A stretch of 38,994 nucleotides of DNA from a virus: IMG/VR virus record IMGVR_UViG_3300028835_001421; one strand, 5' to 3'. Position numbers and translations under genes: made by a program. This document shows, piece after piece, positions 7,159 to 15,965 of this stretch (position 1 is its first letter; each line of letters begins with the position of its first letter). The notes under the pieces are model-generated. The model saw nothing but the letters and a program-made list of their open reading frames with translations. It ran no database searches and was not told the origin of the DNA.

Positions 7159-9222
7159 ATGATTTTTCCTGAGTTAGGGCCTCAATTCTATGAGGAAAAT
7201 GATAATTCTGTACTTGCGAGAATGTCTACGTTCTATAAAGACAGCATTACTATCAACCAGTCTTTTTGGGAAGAAGCTGATATTGACACTCGGTTTGAGT
7301 CAGGTGACCAGAACCTATGGAACGACATATACGGCATTATGCCCCGTAATAGGCGTAGGGACTTCAACTTCAACCGAATAAGGCGCGTAGTCAACATGAT
7401 ATCTGGTTGGCAGCGTCGCAATAGAAAATCAACTATAGTGACACCGGTAGAAAACGGTGATTCAGATACTTCCGATCAGTTTACTAAAACATTAATGTGG
7501 ATAAATAATAGAGAGGGCGTTCTCGAAACAGTTTCAGAAGCGTTTCATGGGTCGTTAGTTACTGGCCTTAACCTGTTGCAGGTCTGGGTGGATTATCGCT
7601 CAGATCCTGTCTCAGGTTCTATAAGGGTTGACAACTGTGCGCATAACACATTTCTTATTGATCCTTACTTTAGGAAAAAAGATCTGTCGGATTGTAATGC
7701 TATCTGGAAGAGGACCTATTTAACTCGTAGGGAAGTTCTGTCTCTTCTTCCTGATCATCATGACATGATCATGTCGCTTCCTACTGCCGATGACAGGGAC
7801 GGAAAATTCAACTATATGCCGGAGAACTATAGCGTTGGTACCAAGAATCTATTAGCGTACGATGAGTATTACTATAAAGATATGCGTAAGCAGAAGATGC
7901 TTATTGATACTATTTCTGGTGAGACAATGGAGTGGAAAAGCGCAGACAAGGACGCTCTTAAAGAATACTTAAAGTATTATCCCCAAGTTACTGTTACTGA
8001 GAGCGAGATACCAACGGTTAGAATGTCGATAGTCGTTCAGGGCAAGGTAATGTATGACGGGCCTAACACAATGGGTATAGACAAGTATCCATTTGTTCCT
8101 GTTTTTGGGTATTATAACCCACAAATGGCAGACTATTCGTGGAGAATCCAGGGGGTTGTACGTGGCCTGAGAGATGCACAGTATCTTTACAATAGAAGAA
8201 AAGTTATTGAGTTAGACATCCTAGAAAGTCAGATCAACTCTGGTATTAAATATAAGGTAGACGCGCTAGTTAATCCGAAAGATGCCTTTGTCACTGGTCA
8301 GGGAAGAAGTATAGCGCTAAAGGATACGGCGCAGATGACCGATGTCGAGCAGTTTGTAGCTCCTCAAATACCACCTTCAATGATTCAGTTGTCAGAGTTA
8401 CTTGGAAGAGAGATCCAAGAAATATCTGGCGTTAATGAAGAACTTTTGGGTAGTGCAACTGACGATAAGGCTGGGATTCTATCCATGCTGAGACAGGGCG
8501 CTGGTCTAACTACGTTGCAGATACTATTCGACCAATTAGATCGATCTCAAAAGTTGCTTGGTGGTCTTATGATCGACATTATTCAATCTAACTTTACCCC
8601 TGGCAAGATAGAAAAAATTATAGAGCAGGAGCCTACGCAGCAGTTCTACAACAAAGCGTTTGGTAAATACGATGCTGCTGTTGAAGAGGGTATTAATACT
8701 ACTACTCAAAGACAGATGCAGTTTACACAGTTAATGCAGCTCAGAGAAGCTGGTATCAACATACCAGATGATGTCATCCTTGAAGCAACAACCCTTCAGA
8801 ACAAGAACGATCTTGTAAAGTCAATTACTCAGCAGAACAAACAAGCACAAGAGATGGAGCAAATGCAGCTTCAAATACAGATGGAAGAAACTAAGGCCAA
8901 CATAGAGCTAGCTAAAGCAAGAACTGTAGCTGATGAAGGACTTGGAATAGAAAGACTAAGCAGGGTAGAAGAGAATGAGGCTCTGGCTATAGAAAGAAGA
9001 GCAGAAGCAGAAAAAGATCAAGCAACTGGGATGCTCAATCTTGTTAAGACTATGAAAGAAATAGAAGACATTGACCTGGGGCAGCTGGAGAAGTTAATAA
9101 CACTCTCTAAGCTGCTTTCTGAGAAGACCAATGATTTTGAGAATGCAGCACAAAAAGGTCAATTAGGGTCGATCACAAAAGCAATTAGGCCAACACAGGC
9201 AAGCCAAACAACAGAAATATAA
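7159..9222 (+). CDS. Portal protein
   Basis: A 687-aa ORF downstream of terL with SD caaggatagaagt. The size, position and long Gln/Glu-rich C-terminal helix (QQNKQAQEMEQMQLQIQMEETKANIELAKA...) are typical of podovirus portals with a barrel extension. Confidence 0.85.
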   Translation: MIFPELGPQFYEENDNSVLARMSTFYKDSITINQSFWEEADIDTRFESGDQNLWNDIYGIMPRNRRRDFNFNRIRRVVNMISGWQRRNRKSTIVTPVENGDSDTSDQFTKTLMWINNREGVLETVSEAFHGSLVTGLNLLQVWVDYRSDPVSGSIRVDNCAHNTFLIDPYFRKKDLSDCNAIWKRTYLTRREVLSLLPDHHDMIMSLPTADDRDGKFNYMPENYSVGTKNLLAYDEYYYKDMRKQKMLIDTISGETMEWKSADKDALKEYLKYYPQVTVTESEIPTVRMSIVVQGKVMYDGPNTMGIDKYPFVPVFGYYNPQMADYSWRIQGVVRGLRDAQYLYNRRKVIELDILESQINSGIKYKVDALVNPKDAFVTGQGRSIALKDTAQMTDVEQFVAPQIPPSMIQLSELLGREIQEISGVNEELLGSATDDKAGILSMLRQGAGLTTLQILFDQLDRSQKLLGGLMIDIIQSNFTPGKIEKIIEQEPTQQFYNKAFGKYDAAVEEGINTTTQRQMQFTQLMQLREAGINIPDDVILEATTLQNKNDLVKSITQQNKQAQEMEQMQLQIQMEETKANIELAKARTVADEGLGIERLSRVEENEALAIERRAEAEKDQATGMLNLVKTMKEIEDIDLGQLEKLITLSKLLSEKTNDFENAAQKGQLGSITKAIRPTQASQTTEI

Positions 9223-9224
9223 TA

Positions 9225-9443
9225 ATGGAAGAGATAGAAAAAGCCATGGAATTATGGAATGAAGTTGTGTCATTAATTAACACAGAGAAAGACACGGCCC
9301 GCGAACTTTTTTTGAGCAAACCGGAAAAGTCATCACGTATTAAAAAGATTAAGAAGGCTATTGGTAAAATTCAATTAGAACTTGATATCCTTGACTCAGT
9401 TGTTGATGTGGGATTCGAGTATGTAGATAACAGCAAGCGCTAA
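9225..9443 (+). CDS. Hypothetical helical protein (72 aa)
   Basis: Starts 2 nt after the portal stop (translational coupling). No clear SD. Confidence 0.5.
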   Translation: MEEIEKAMELWNEVVSLINTEKDTARELFLSKPEKSSRIKKIKKAIGKIQLELDILDSVVDVGFEYVDNSKR

Positions 9444-9514
9444 CACCTGAGATAGGTTAGAGGTACGGTTACCTTGATTCTTTAATAGGATCAGTTACCA
9501 AGAAAGGGCATATT

Positions 9515-9742
9515 ATGCCAAAGAAAAGATACTACGATAAGAAGATGTCAAAGAGAGAAGGCGGAATGATTAGCAAAACTAATGATCAAGCCTGCATGCC
9601 TACTGGAGTAGTCATGAAGTTCTATCCTAAAGATATGAGCTATCTTCCAGAGAACCTCAATGACGGCTTAAGTGGTGTTGACGGCCAAGTTTCGTCAGAC
9701 ATGAACTCAACCAAAAGAGATCTTTCAAAGACAAAGTATTAA
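9515..9742 (+). CDS. Hypothetical protein (75 aa)
   Basis: SD aagaaaggg upstream of the ATG. Confidence 0.5.
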   Translation: MPKKRYYDKKMSKREGGMISKTNDQACMPTGVVMKFYPKDMSYLPENLNDGLSGVDGQVSSDMNSTKRDLSKTKY

Positions 9743-9815
9743 TTTTAGCTTCATTACTACTCTCGTTGTGGGGGCGTGCCAAAGGCGTTCCCACGGCTTA
9801 GGTCGGAGAATAAAT

Positions 9816-10022
9816 ATGCCTGGTAGCGTTAGAAAAGACGGAGTTGCCAAAAGAATAGCTCTCAATATTTTAGGACCCCCATCTTCCGGACTAACTGATT
9901 CATTTGGTAATAAAAAAAGATTTGTTAGGAAGAGGGATGTTCAGGACGCCGAAGAAAAGTACCAAGAAAGGATAGAGGGTGAAAAAATCAACTATAACGA
10001 TCAAGCTGGTTTTCGCTTCTAA
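9816..10022 (+). CDS. Hypothetical basic protein (68 aa; start refined from track 9768)
   Basis: The internal ATG at 9816 has ggaga 6 nt upstream. The track start is a non-ATG codon without an SD. Confidence 0.45.
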   Translation: MPGSVRKDGVAKRIALNILGPPSSGLTDSFGNKKRFVRKRDVQDAEEKYQERIEGEKINYNDQAGFRF

Positions 10023-10037
10023 GAAAAAGAATAAATA

Positions 10038-10253
10038 ATGGGAAAAAGAGGCAGAATAGTAGACGAAGATAAAGACATTAAAAAGGAGATCCAAGCCGAT
10101 CAGGAGCATAAAGAAGCGTATGTTCCTGGAAAGAAGGAGAGGATCCTAATGGTTTTTATACGCGCCCTTATGGGTATTCTTAGATTTATTGAGCGAAGGA
10201 TAAATAAAACTAAGGCTAGGAAGCTTGCTAAGAGGATGAACAGTAAAAGATAG
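10038..10253 (+). CDS. Hypothetical highly basic protein (71 aa)
   Basis: Lys/Arg-rich ORF in the head-gene block. Weak SD. Confidence 0.45.
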   Translation: MGKRGRIVDEDKDIKKEIQADQEHKEAYVPGKKERILMVFIRALMGILRFIERRINKTKARKLAKRMNSKR

Positions 10254-10261
10254 GGGAATGT

Positions 10262-10759
10262 GTGGAAAAGAGTGTAGTGAAGAAGAAAAGGAAAACCGTT
10301 GGTGCTCTATCTCATGAGTTATTAAAGAAAGAACCACCTAAGCATACTACTTTTGATCAAATGAGAGAACAATTAGGAGAGTATGAAGAAAATGTGCATA
10401 AGGCTATTAAGGCTGGGTTGGAACTATATGACGGTGATTTTTATATTATTTCTTTAAATAAAAAAGAGCGTCTCATGCAAAATGTTTATAGGACCTATTT
10501 TTTTCCTCGTAATTCATGCCCAACACCTGACTTTGATCAGAATGCTTATAAGTACACACGAGAAGACGACAAATTGGAGCTTATGTGGTCTATCCCTGAT
10601 GCAGATGCAGTTAATTATATGAAGAACAATGCAAACTTAGTTACACCAGATAAATACACACTTCTACAGTTTGTGCTCGATTTCGTTGATGGATCACTTT
10701 TAAGATTGGCCAAAAAGCTTAACGGCGAACGTAGGGACTCTAATATTATAGAAAATTAA
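10262..10759 (+). CDS. Hypothetical protein (165 aa)
   Basis: GTG start 4 nt after agggga. Lies between the portal and scaffold genes. Confidence 0.55.
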   Translation: MEKSVVKKKRKTVGALSHELLKKEPPKHTTFDQMREQLGEYEENVHKAIKAGLELYDGDFYIISLNKKERLMQNVYRTYFFPRNSCPTPDFDQNAYKYTREDDKLELMWSIPDADAVNYMKNNANLVTPDKYTLLQFVLDFVDGSLLRLAKKLNGERRDSNIIEN

Positions 10760-10770
10760 AAAGGAGAGAT

Positions 10771-11472
10771 ATGGAAGACAATGTAGCAAATGAGCAAGTT
10801 CAGCAAGATGTAGTAGCACCAGAAGTTAACGAGCAAGCAGAAGCGCAAGCAGCCAATACTTCAGACACTAACATTGCAAACTTGAGAGCCGCTAAAGAGA
10901 AGGCTGAGCAAGAACGAGCTGACATGGCATCACAACTTGAAGATCTGCAGAGACGTAGCGTTACTCCTGGCCCTGACAAGACAGAGCAGATTCCAGAGTA
11001 TGGTGATGATGACTTTGTTGAGGGAAAAGTTTTAAAGCGTGAGATAGACGCTTTAAAAAAGCAGATTGCTGCTAATAAGACTCAAACTATTGCTGATACT
11101 GATGCATCAAGGCTAAAGAATAAGTACTCTGATTTTGATAATGTAGTAAGCAATGAAAACCTCAAGAAGCTTCGTGAGTTAGATCCTGATACAGCAGAGA
11201 CTATTGCTCTATCAAATGCCTCAATTTATAATCGTGGTTCAGCTGCATATAAAAGAATTAAAGAGCTTGGGATAGTTGTTGCTGACAATCATGTTCAGAA
11301 CAGGGACAATGCTCAGGAAAACGTCTCTAAACCAAGACCTAGCAACAGTGTATCTCCTCAACAGGGAGACAGTCCGTTAGCAATGGCTAATGCATTTTCT
11401 TCTGGCCCACTAACGGAAGAAAAGAAAGCGCTTCTGCGTAAAGAAATGAATGAAGCCGCTAAAAGATATTAA
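10771..11472 (+). CDS. Scaffolding protein candidate
   Basis: Strong SD aaaaggagagat. Acidic, Ala/Gln/Glu-rich helical 233-aa protein immediately upstream of the capsid gene, which is the usual scaffold position. Confidence 0.55.
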   Translation: MEDNVANEQVQQDVVAPEVNEQAEAQAANTSDTNIANLRAAKEKAEQERADMASQLEDLQRRSVTPGPDKTEQIPEYGDDDFVEGKVLKREIDALKKQIAANKTQTIADTDASRLKNKYSDFDNVVSNENLKKLRELDPDTAETIALSNASIYNRGSAAYKRIKELGIVVADNHVQNRDNAQENVSKPRPSNSVSPQQGDSPLAMANAFSSGPLTEEKKALLRKEMNEAAKRY

Positions 11473-11506
11473 TATCTGACTACTATTAACCCCTAACGGG
11501 GTAAAT

Positions 11507-11544
11507 GTCTGGGTGTAGGCTTTCTCTATTGCCTACACCCAGAC
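11507..11544 (+). terminator. 14-bp perfect stem-loop after the scaffold gene (terminator or RNA-processing site; no clean U-tract)
   Basis: gtctgggtgtaggc (11507..11520), a 10-nt loop, then gcctacacccagac (11531..11544). Confidence 0.55.
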
Positions 11545-11565
11545 ACTTCAATTATTCTAAAACAT

Positions 11566-11595
11566 TTGCACTTACTTTTTCTGTCTGCGTATACT
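11566..11595 (+). promoter_or_regulatory. Sigma70-like promoter candidate upstream of the major capsid gene
   Basis: ttgcac (11566..11571), an 18-nt spacer, then tatact (11590..11595). Confidence 0.4.
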
Positions 11596-11628
11596 TAAAA
11601 TGCGTAAGAGGTTTCGCACCCTCAACCG

Positions 11629-11671
11629 GACGTAAGGGACTCGTCAACCTAGACGTACGAGACTCGTCAAC
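11629..11671 (+). repeat. Two 20-nt direct repeats in the capsid-gene leader
   Basis: gacgtaagggactcgtcaac (11629..11648) and gacgtacgagactcgtcaac (11652..11671): 18/20 identical, 23-nt period. Confidence 0.7.
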
Positions 11672-11738
11672 TCACTTGTAGTTGTTTTGCACCAATCATG
11701 GTGCATGAGTATGTTAGTTTTAATCATTAGGATAACCT

Positions 11739-12692
11739 ATGGCTATTACAACAACGAGTGTTCTTCCCGCTCCGGTTCAACAAACTTTTGACTTGAAGCT
11801 TTTGAGCGTTGCGGTTCCCAATATGATTCACAAGCTTGCGGCAGTTAAAAAAACTATGCCTGCAAATGGTGGAACAACACTTAGAATGCGTAGATACAAT
11901 CCTCTGGCTACAGCAATGGTTCCTCTCGGAAACACTGGTGTAACCCCCCCAGCCCAAGTACCCACAGCAGTGGATATTGATGCTAAGGTCTCTTTTTATG
12001 GAACATATCTTCAAGTAAACGAACAAGTAACTTTGCAGAACCAGGATCCAACCCTGAACGAATTTGCAAAAAGACTTGGTGTTTCTTTGAGGCAGACTGA
12101 AGATCAGTTAACCAGAGATATGCTGGCTGCAACTGCTTCGCATATTAACTGCACCGGTGGTGTAAATGGAGATAATCCAACTAATTTAACAAGATCTGAC
12201 ATCAATGAAGTTGTCGGAGCTCTTTTAGATGCAGATGCGTATACAATTTTGGACAGCATAGAGGCTGAAGACAAATTCGGAACAGCACCTGTTCGTGAAG
12301 CATATTTTGCAATGTGTAGCACGAAGTTGCAGGGAGACCTTGAAGATGTTTCGGGTTTCTTACAGAAGAACCAATACCCTTCACCTATGAACGCATCTCG
12401 TTCTGAGTGGGGATCCATTGGAAGCATTAGATTCTTGCTTTCTTCAATTGGATCTGTTGCACCTGCAGCGTCTAACTTAGGTAATGATGTATACAATATT
12501 TTCTGTACTGGTATGGAAGCTTATGCATGCGTTGAACAGGATAGATATTCTGCTCAGTTTATTTACCTACCCCCTTATATTGCTGGTGGTCCGCTCGCGC
12601 TTACTGCTTCAGTTGGATATAAGTTTGCTGAAGTTCCTCGCATCCTGAATGATGAGTGGATTGTCAACTTACGCACAACCCTATCTTCATAA
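11739..12692 (+). CDS. Major capsid protein
   Basis: A 317-aa ORF after the scaffold-like gene. The N-terminal pattern (ANGGTTLRMRRYNPL) resembles what I recall from capsid proteins of some podoviruses. Position and size also fit. Confidence 0.8.
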   Translation: MAITTTSVLPAPVQQTFDLKLLSVAVPNMIHKLAAVKKTMPANGGTTLRMRRYNPLATAMVPLGNTGVTPPAQVPTAVDIDAKVSFYGTYLQVNEQVTLQNQDPTLNEFAKRLGVSLRQTEDQLTRDMLAATASHINCTGGVNGDNPTNLTRSDINEVVGALLDADAYTILDSIEAEDKFGTAPVREAYFAMCSTKLQGDLEDVSGFLQKNQYPSPMNASRSEWGSIGSIRFLLSSIGSVAPAASNLGNDVYNIFCTGMEAYACVEQDRYSAQFIYLPPYIAGGPLALTASVGYKFAEVPRILNDEWIVNLRTTLSS

Positions 12693-12706
12693 GAAAGGAG
12701 TAAATA

Positions 12707-13723
12707 ATGTCAGACAATACAATAATTCAACAAGGTGATTTCACGTCAGATGGAACAGATAAGATTATTGCTCTTAGATCGGATGTTGATTGGGTCAAGG
12801 TTCATAATCTAACAAACATTGCAGCGTCGACTCAGTGGGCAGGTGTAACGTGGCACTGGCAACGTGAGATGGCTAACGATGATTCAATAACAGAATTTCA
12901 TGCTACTGCTTCTCAGATAACATCAATGTCAACGTCACTAATTGGTTACAACGGAGCGACTTATAGGGGTATTTCTCTTATTGATTCGTCTAATAGAGAA
13001 CCTGGTGGCGCTGTTGCAGTTACAGGCGGTACTAATACAACACAACCTGTTTATAGCACAGCGGATACAGGAACGATGATCGCGGGGTCTGTTGTACGTA
13101 TCTCTAATACAGCTCATGACACAATTGATGGTCTAGATTTTACAGTGGATACAGTTACTGCTGATACTAGTTTTAGACTTGCCAATACGCTTGCAACAGC
13201 TCCTGGAGTTATTTCTGGTGCTGGTTTCTACAGGCTCATAGCTCCAAATACTACAGTTTACAACATGTGGTATCCGAAAAAGCGTGTTATTGCCAATATC
13301 TCGCAGGCAGCTGCGGGCGTTGTAACAACGCTTGTTGATCATGGATATACAACAGGACAAAAAGTCAGAATGAGCGTTCCTTCAACAAATGGAATGATTC
13401 AACTTGATGGGCAGCTTGTTACTGTAACTAATTTAACAGCATCAACATTCTCTATTGATGTTGCCACAACTGGTTACACAGCATTTGTTTTCCCTCTTCC
13501 TGCGGAAGCTCCATATACACCAGCACAGGTTCTCCCTGTTGGTGAAGCAGTTAATGAGGCTTATGTGAACTTGCTTGATGATGCCGTTCGCAATACCGCT
13601 TTTATCGGTATGGTTCTTGGTACAAGCGCGGCCGCAGCAGTTGCATTAGGTAGCCCCGGTGGAACAAACGGAGACGTTATTAAATGGATTGCAGGTAAAT
13701 CATTTGCAACTGATATAGCGTAG
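12707..13723 (+). CDS. Virion structural protein co-expressed with the capsid protein (possible decoration or head-fibre protein)
   Basis: SD gaaaggagtaaata. A Thr/Ala/Gly/Val-rich beta-type 338-aa ORF directly after the capsid gene, closed by a very strong stem-loop. Confidence 0.5.
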   Translation: MSDNTIIQQGDFTSDGTDKIIALRSDVDWVKVHNLTNIAASTQWAGVTWHWQREMANDDSITEFHATASQITSMSTSLIGYNGATYRGISLIDSSNREPGGAVAVTGGTNTTQPVYSTADTGTMIAGSVVRISNTAHDTIDGLDFTVDTVTADTSFRLANTLATAPGVISGAGFYRLIAPNTTVYNMWYPKKRVIANISQAAAGVVTTLVDHGYTTGQKVRMSVPSTNGMIQLDGQLVTVTNLTASTFSIDVATTGYTAFVFPLPAEAPYTPAQVLPVGEAVNEAYVNLLDDAVRNTAFIGMVLGTSAAAAVALGSPGGTNGDVIKWIAGKSFATDIA

Positions 13724-13736
13724 CAGAGTAATGATT

Positions 13737-13788
13737 GAGGAATCTGTGCTAATTAACAACCTGACTTGTTAATTAGCACAGATTCCTC
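13737..13788 (+). terminator. 23-bp perfect stem-loop (terminator or RNA stabiliser/processing site; no U-tract)
   Basis: gaggaatctgtgctaattaacaa (13737..13759), loop cctgac, then ttgttaattagcacagattcctc (13766..13788). Confidence 0.6.
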
Positions 13789-13804
13789 CTAAAGAAGGAA
13801 TAAG

Positions 13805-14206
13805 ATGGAAGAGAAAAAAACTACGTCAGCCTTGCAAGTAAAGGCTCAAAAAAAGAACCTTAATTATCAAAGAGATAAAGATCGCGAGATAATTAAGGGA
13901 ATATTTAATTACCATGAGTGCCCTGGCTCAGTAATGAAGTTCGTTTATAAGAAGTATCCGGGCGATACATTAAAGAGATTTGCTCTTAATGATGGTGAGG
14001 TTTGCCGAATACCTTTAGGGGTAGCAAAACACCTAAATAAAAATGGATGGTATCCCATACATAAGCACGCTGTAAACGAGAATGGTAAAACGATTGCAAC
14101 AATTGGTAAGAAGAAGCAAAGATTCGGCTTTCAGAGTCTTGAATTCATTGATCCAGAAGACTTTGCAACTACCGATTCGTCACTAATAACTGTAGAAAAA
14201 GTATAG
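13805..14206 (+). CDS. Hypothetical protein (133 aa)
   Basis: SD aaagaaggaataag. Basic N-terminus. No family recognised. Confidence 0.6.
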   Translation: MEEKKTTSALQVKAQKKNLNYQRDKDREIIKGIFNYHECPGSVMKFVYKKYPGDTLKRFALNDGEVCRIPLGVAKHLNKNGWYPIHKHAVNENGKTIATIGKKKQRFGFQSLEFIDPEDFATTDSSLITVEKV

Positions 14207-14253
14207 CGTTATAGGCCTGCGTATTTATTCAAAACTTTAATTAGGAGTAAGTG

Positions 14254-15261
14254 ATGGCAACGCCAGATTCAACACTTTCTGCGCTCACATCGATTAGGAC
14301 TAAGATACGTAGGCTAACGCGCAGTCCATCTAGTTCACAACTAACAGATAGCCAGATAGATGACTACGTAAACACATTTGTTCTTTATGATTTCCCAGAA
14401 TTTACGGTTGATAACAAGTTAACGTTCTTTCTTATGCCAAATGTAGACGTATATGAAAACAATACCGTAAACAGTACTGATCCACTTTTTAATTTTAAGA
14501 ACGTTTATCTAAGTGTTCAGAAACCTGTGTACGTTGGTGGATCCGAAATAGAATTTACTCAGTCACGTGAACAATTTTTTCGTCAATATCCACAGTATGA
14601 GGTTATCAACGCTTTTACCTCAGGAGACGGTGTCACAACAGCTTTTTCTGGAACTCTTTCTGCTATACCTGCTCTGGCAAGAACAGTTACGTTTACTTCA
14701 ATAGATTCGAGTGGTAATGGAATTGTCCTTAAGGACATCCCTAGAACCGATGGAGCTACTGGAATAATAACTACTACGGGTGATTTGGTTGTTCCAGATA
14801 CAGAGGTGAGTGTAGGAATAATAAATTACATTACCGGAGTGTTCTCGTTTGTTTTTCCTGTAGCTCCTGGAAGTACAGAGGATGTTTTCTCTCAGCTGTA
14901 TTCATACCAGGCTGCAAGGCCAACATTAGTAATGTTCGAGGATCACAAGTTTACCTTTCGGCCAGTCCCAGACAAAAGTTATCGGGTAGATATAGATGCT
15001 TTCAGGCGACCAACAGAGCTTTTGAGCAATACAGATACTCCAGATATTTCTCAATGGTGGCAATATATTACTTATGGCGCAGCAAAAAAAGTATTTGAAG
15101 ATAGGATGGACGTTGAAAGTGTTCAGGCAATAATGCCAGAGTTTTTAAGGCAAAGATCGTTAGTTTTGCAAAAGTTAGTGGTTCAGCAAAGCAGTGAACG
15201 AGCAGCAACTATTTATAGCGAGAGAGGGGCAAGAGATCGTGCTGACGGAGATACTTTCTAG
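14254..15261 (+). CDS. Head-tail module protein (adaptor candidate; 335 aa)
   Basis: The ATG at 14254 lies 6 nt after aggag (the track start, GTG 14251, is only 3 nt away). The call rests on position between the capsid and tail genes. Confidence 0.4.
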   Translation: MATPDSTLSALTSIRTKIRRLTRSPSSSQLTDSQIDDYVNTFVLYDFPEFTVDNKLTFFLMPNVDVYENNTVNSTDPLFNFKNVYLSVQKPVYVGGSEIEFTQSREQFFRQYPQYEVINAFTSGDGVTTAFSGTLSAIPALARTVTFTSIDSSGNGIVLKDIPRTDGATGIITTTGDLVVPDTEVSVGIINYITGVFSFVFPVAPGSTEDVFSQLYSYQAARPTLVMFEDHKFTFRPVPDKSYRVDIDAFRRPTELLSNTDTPDISQWWQYITYGAAKKVFEDRMDVESVQAIMPEFLRQRSLVLQKLVVQQSSERAATIYSERGARDRADGDTF

Positions 15262-15358
15262 GGTTGATGCTGAGGTTATCGCAGGAGTTATATCTGCAAT
15301 AATCCTAGTGTTCCTTATTAAAAAAGTCTGGAAGGACAGGAAGAAAAAATGGTTTTAA
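15239..15358 (+). CDS. Possible 39-aa membrane peptide filling the 15262..15397 gap
   Basis: The GTG-started ORF reads MLTEILSRVDAEVIAGVISAIILVFLIKKVWKDRKKKWF, a TM helix plus a basic tail. It is below the track cutoff and the start is uncertain. Confidence 0.25.
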   Translation: MLTEILSRVDAEVIAGVISAIILVFLIKKVWKDRKKKWF

Positions 15359-15397
15359 AAATACTTATTTACAAACTCATATTAGGGAGGGGGTGTT

Positions 15398-15964
15398 ATG
15401 GCATATAAATCAAATATTCCTCTTGCGACAGACATACTATCACAATCTCAGGATGACCTTCTTAATAACTTTACAGGCATTAAAACTCTTGTAGATGTAA
15501 ACCATGTTACGTTCGATGCATCTGGACAAGGAAAGCATGCCTTTGTTGAGTTTCCGGTTCAGTCACCTGTTCCTACAACAGCAGCCGGTGAAGTTGGGAT
15601 GTACTGTCAAACATCTCTTCTTACTGGAAATCCTGAGTTAGTATTTTCTCATGAGAGTGCTGGTTCAACATATGAATTTACAGCAGCTGAGAAAGCCGAA
15701 ACAGGTTACGCCATTCTTCCTTCTGGCATAATCTTTATGTGGGGATCAGGAACAGTTAATGCAAATACAACTGCTGTAGCTACCTTTGCTAATGGCGCAG
15801 GAATACCCACTCTAACGACTATATACAATGTAAGCGTTACTAGAGAAGGTAGTACTGGAGAGACTGGTGTTCTTTATTATCAAAGTTTTACAACAACAAA
15901 CGTAACAGTATTTAATACAGCAGATGCTAGCAAGAAATTCTTCTATACAGTTATAGGGGTTTAA
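15398..15964 (+). CDS. Tail-associated structural protein (188 aa)
   Basis: SD ttagggaggggg. N-terminal pattern LATDILSQSQDDLLNNFTGIKTLVDVNHVTFD...GKH. Sits immediately before the largest tail gene, as a gp11-like protein would in T7-type gene order. Confidence 0.45.
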   Translation: MAYKSNIPLATDILSQSQDDLLNNFTGIKTLVDVNHVTFDASGQGKHAFVEFPVQSPVPTTAAGEVGMYCQTSLLTGNPELVFSHESAGSTYEFTAAEKAETGYAILPSGIIFMWGSGTVNANTTAVATFANGAGIPTLTTIYNVSVTREGSTGETGVLYYQSFTTTNVTVFNTADASKKFFYTVIGV

Positions 15965-15965
15965 T

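Noticed and set aside
9444-9514. tRNA or other RNA genes in the intergenic gaps (9444..9514, 6857..7158, 37772..38323 and others)
   Set aside because: No cloverleaf-compatible arms or conserved T-loop (GTTCGAATC-like) sequence were seen by eye in any gap. A tRNAscan-SE run would be the proper check.
11727-12496. Minus-strand track ORFs 11727..12026, 12104..12496 and 12202..12384 within the capsid gene
   Set aside because: They are nested antisense to the highly plausible capsid gene. They have no SD, and their composition is Cys/Ser-rich and implausible.
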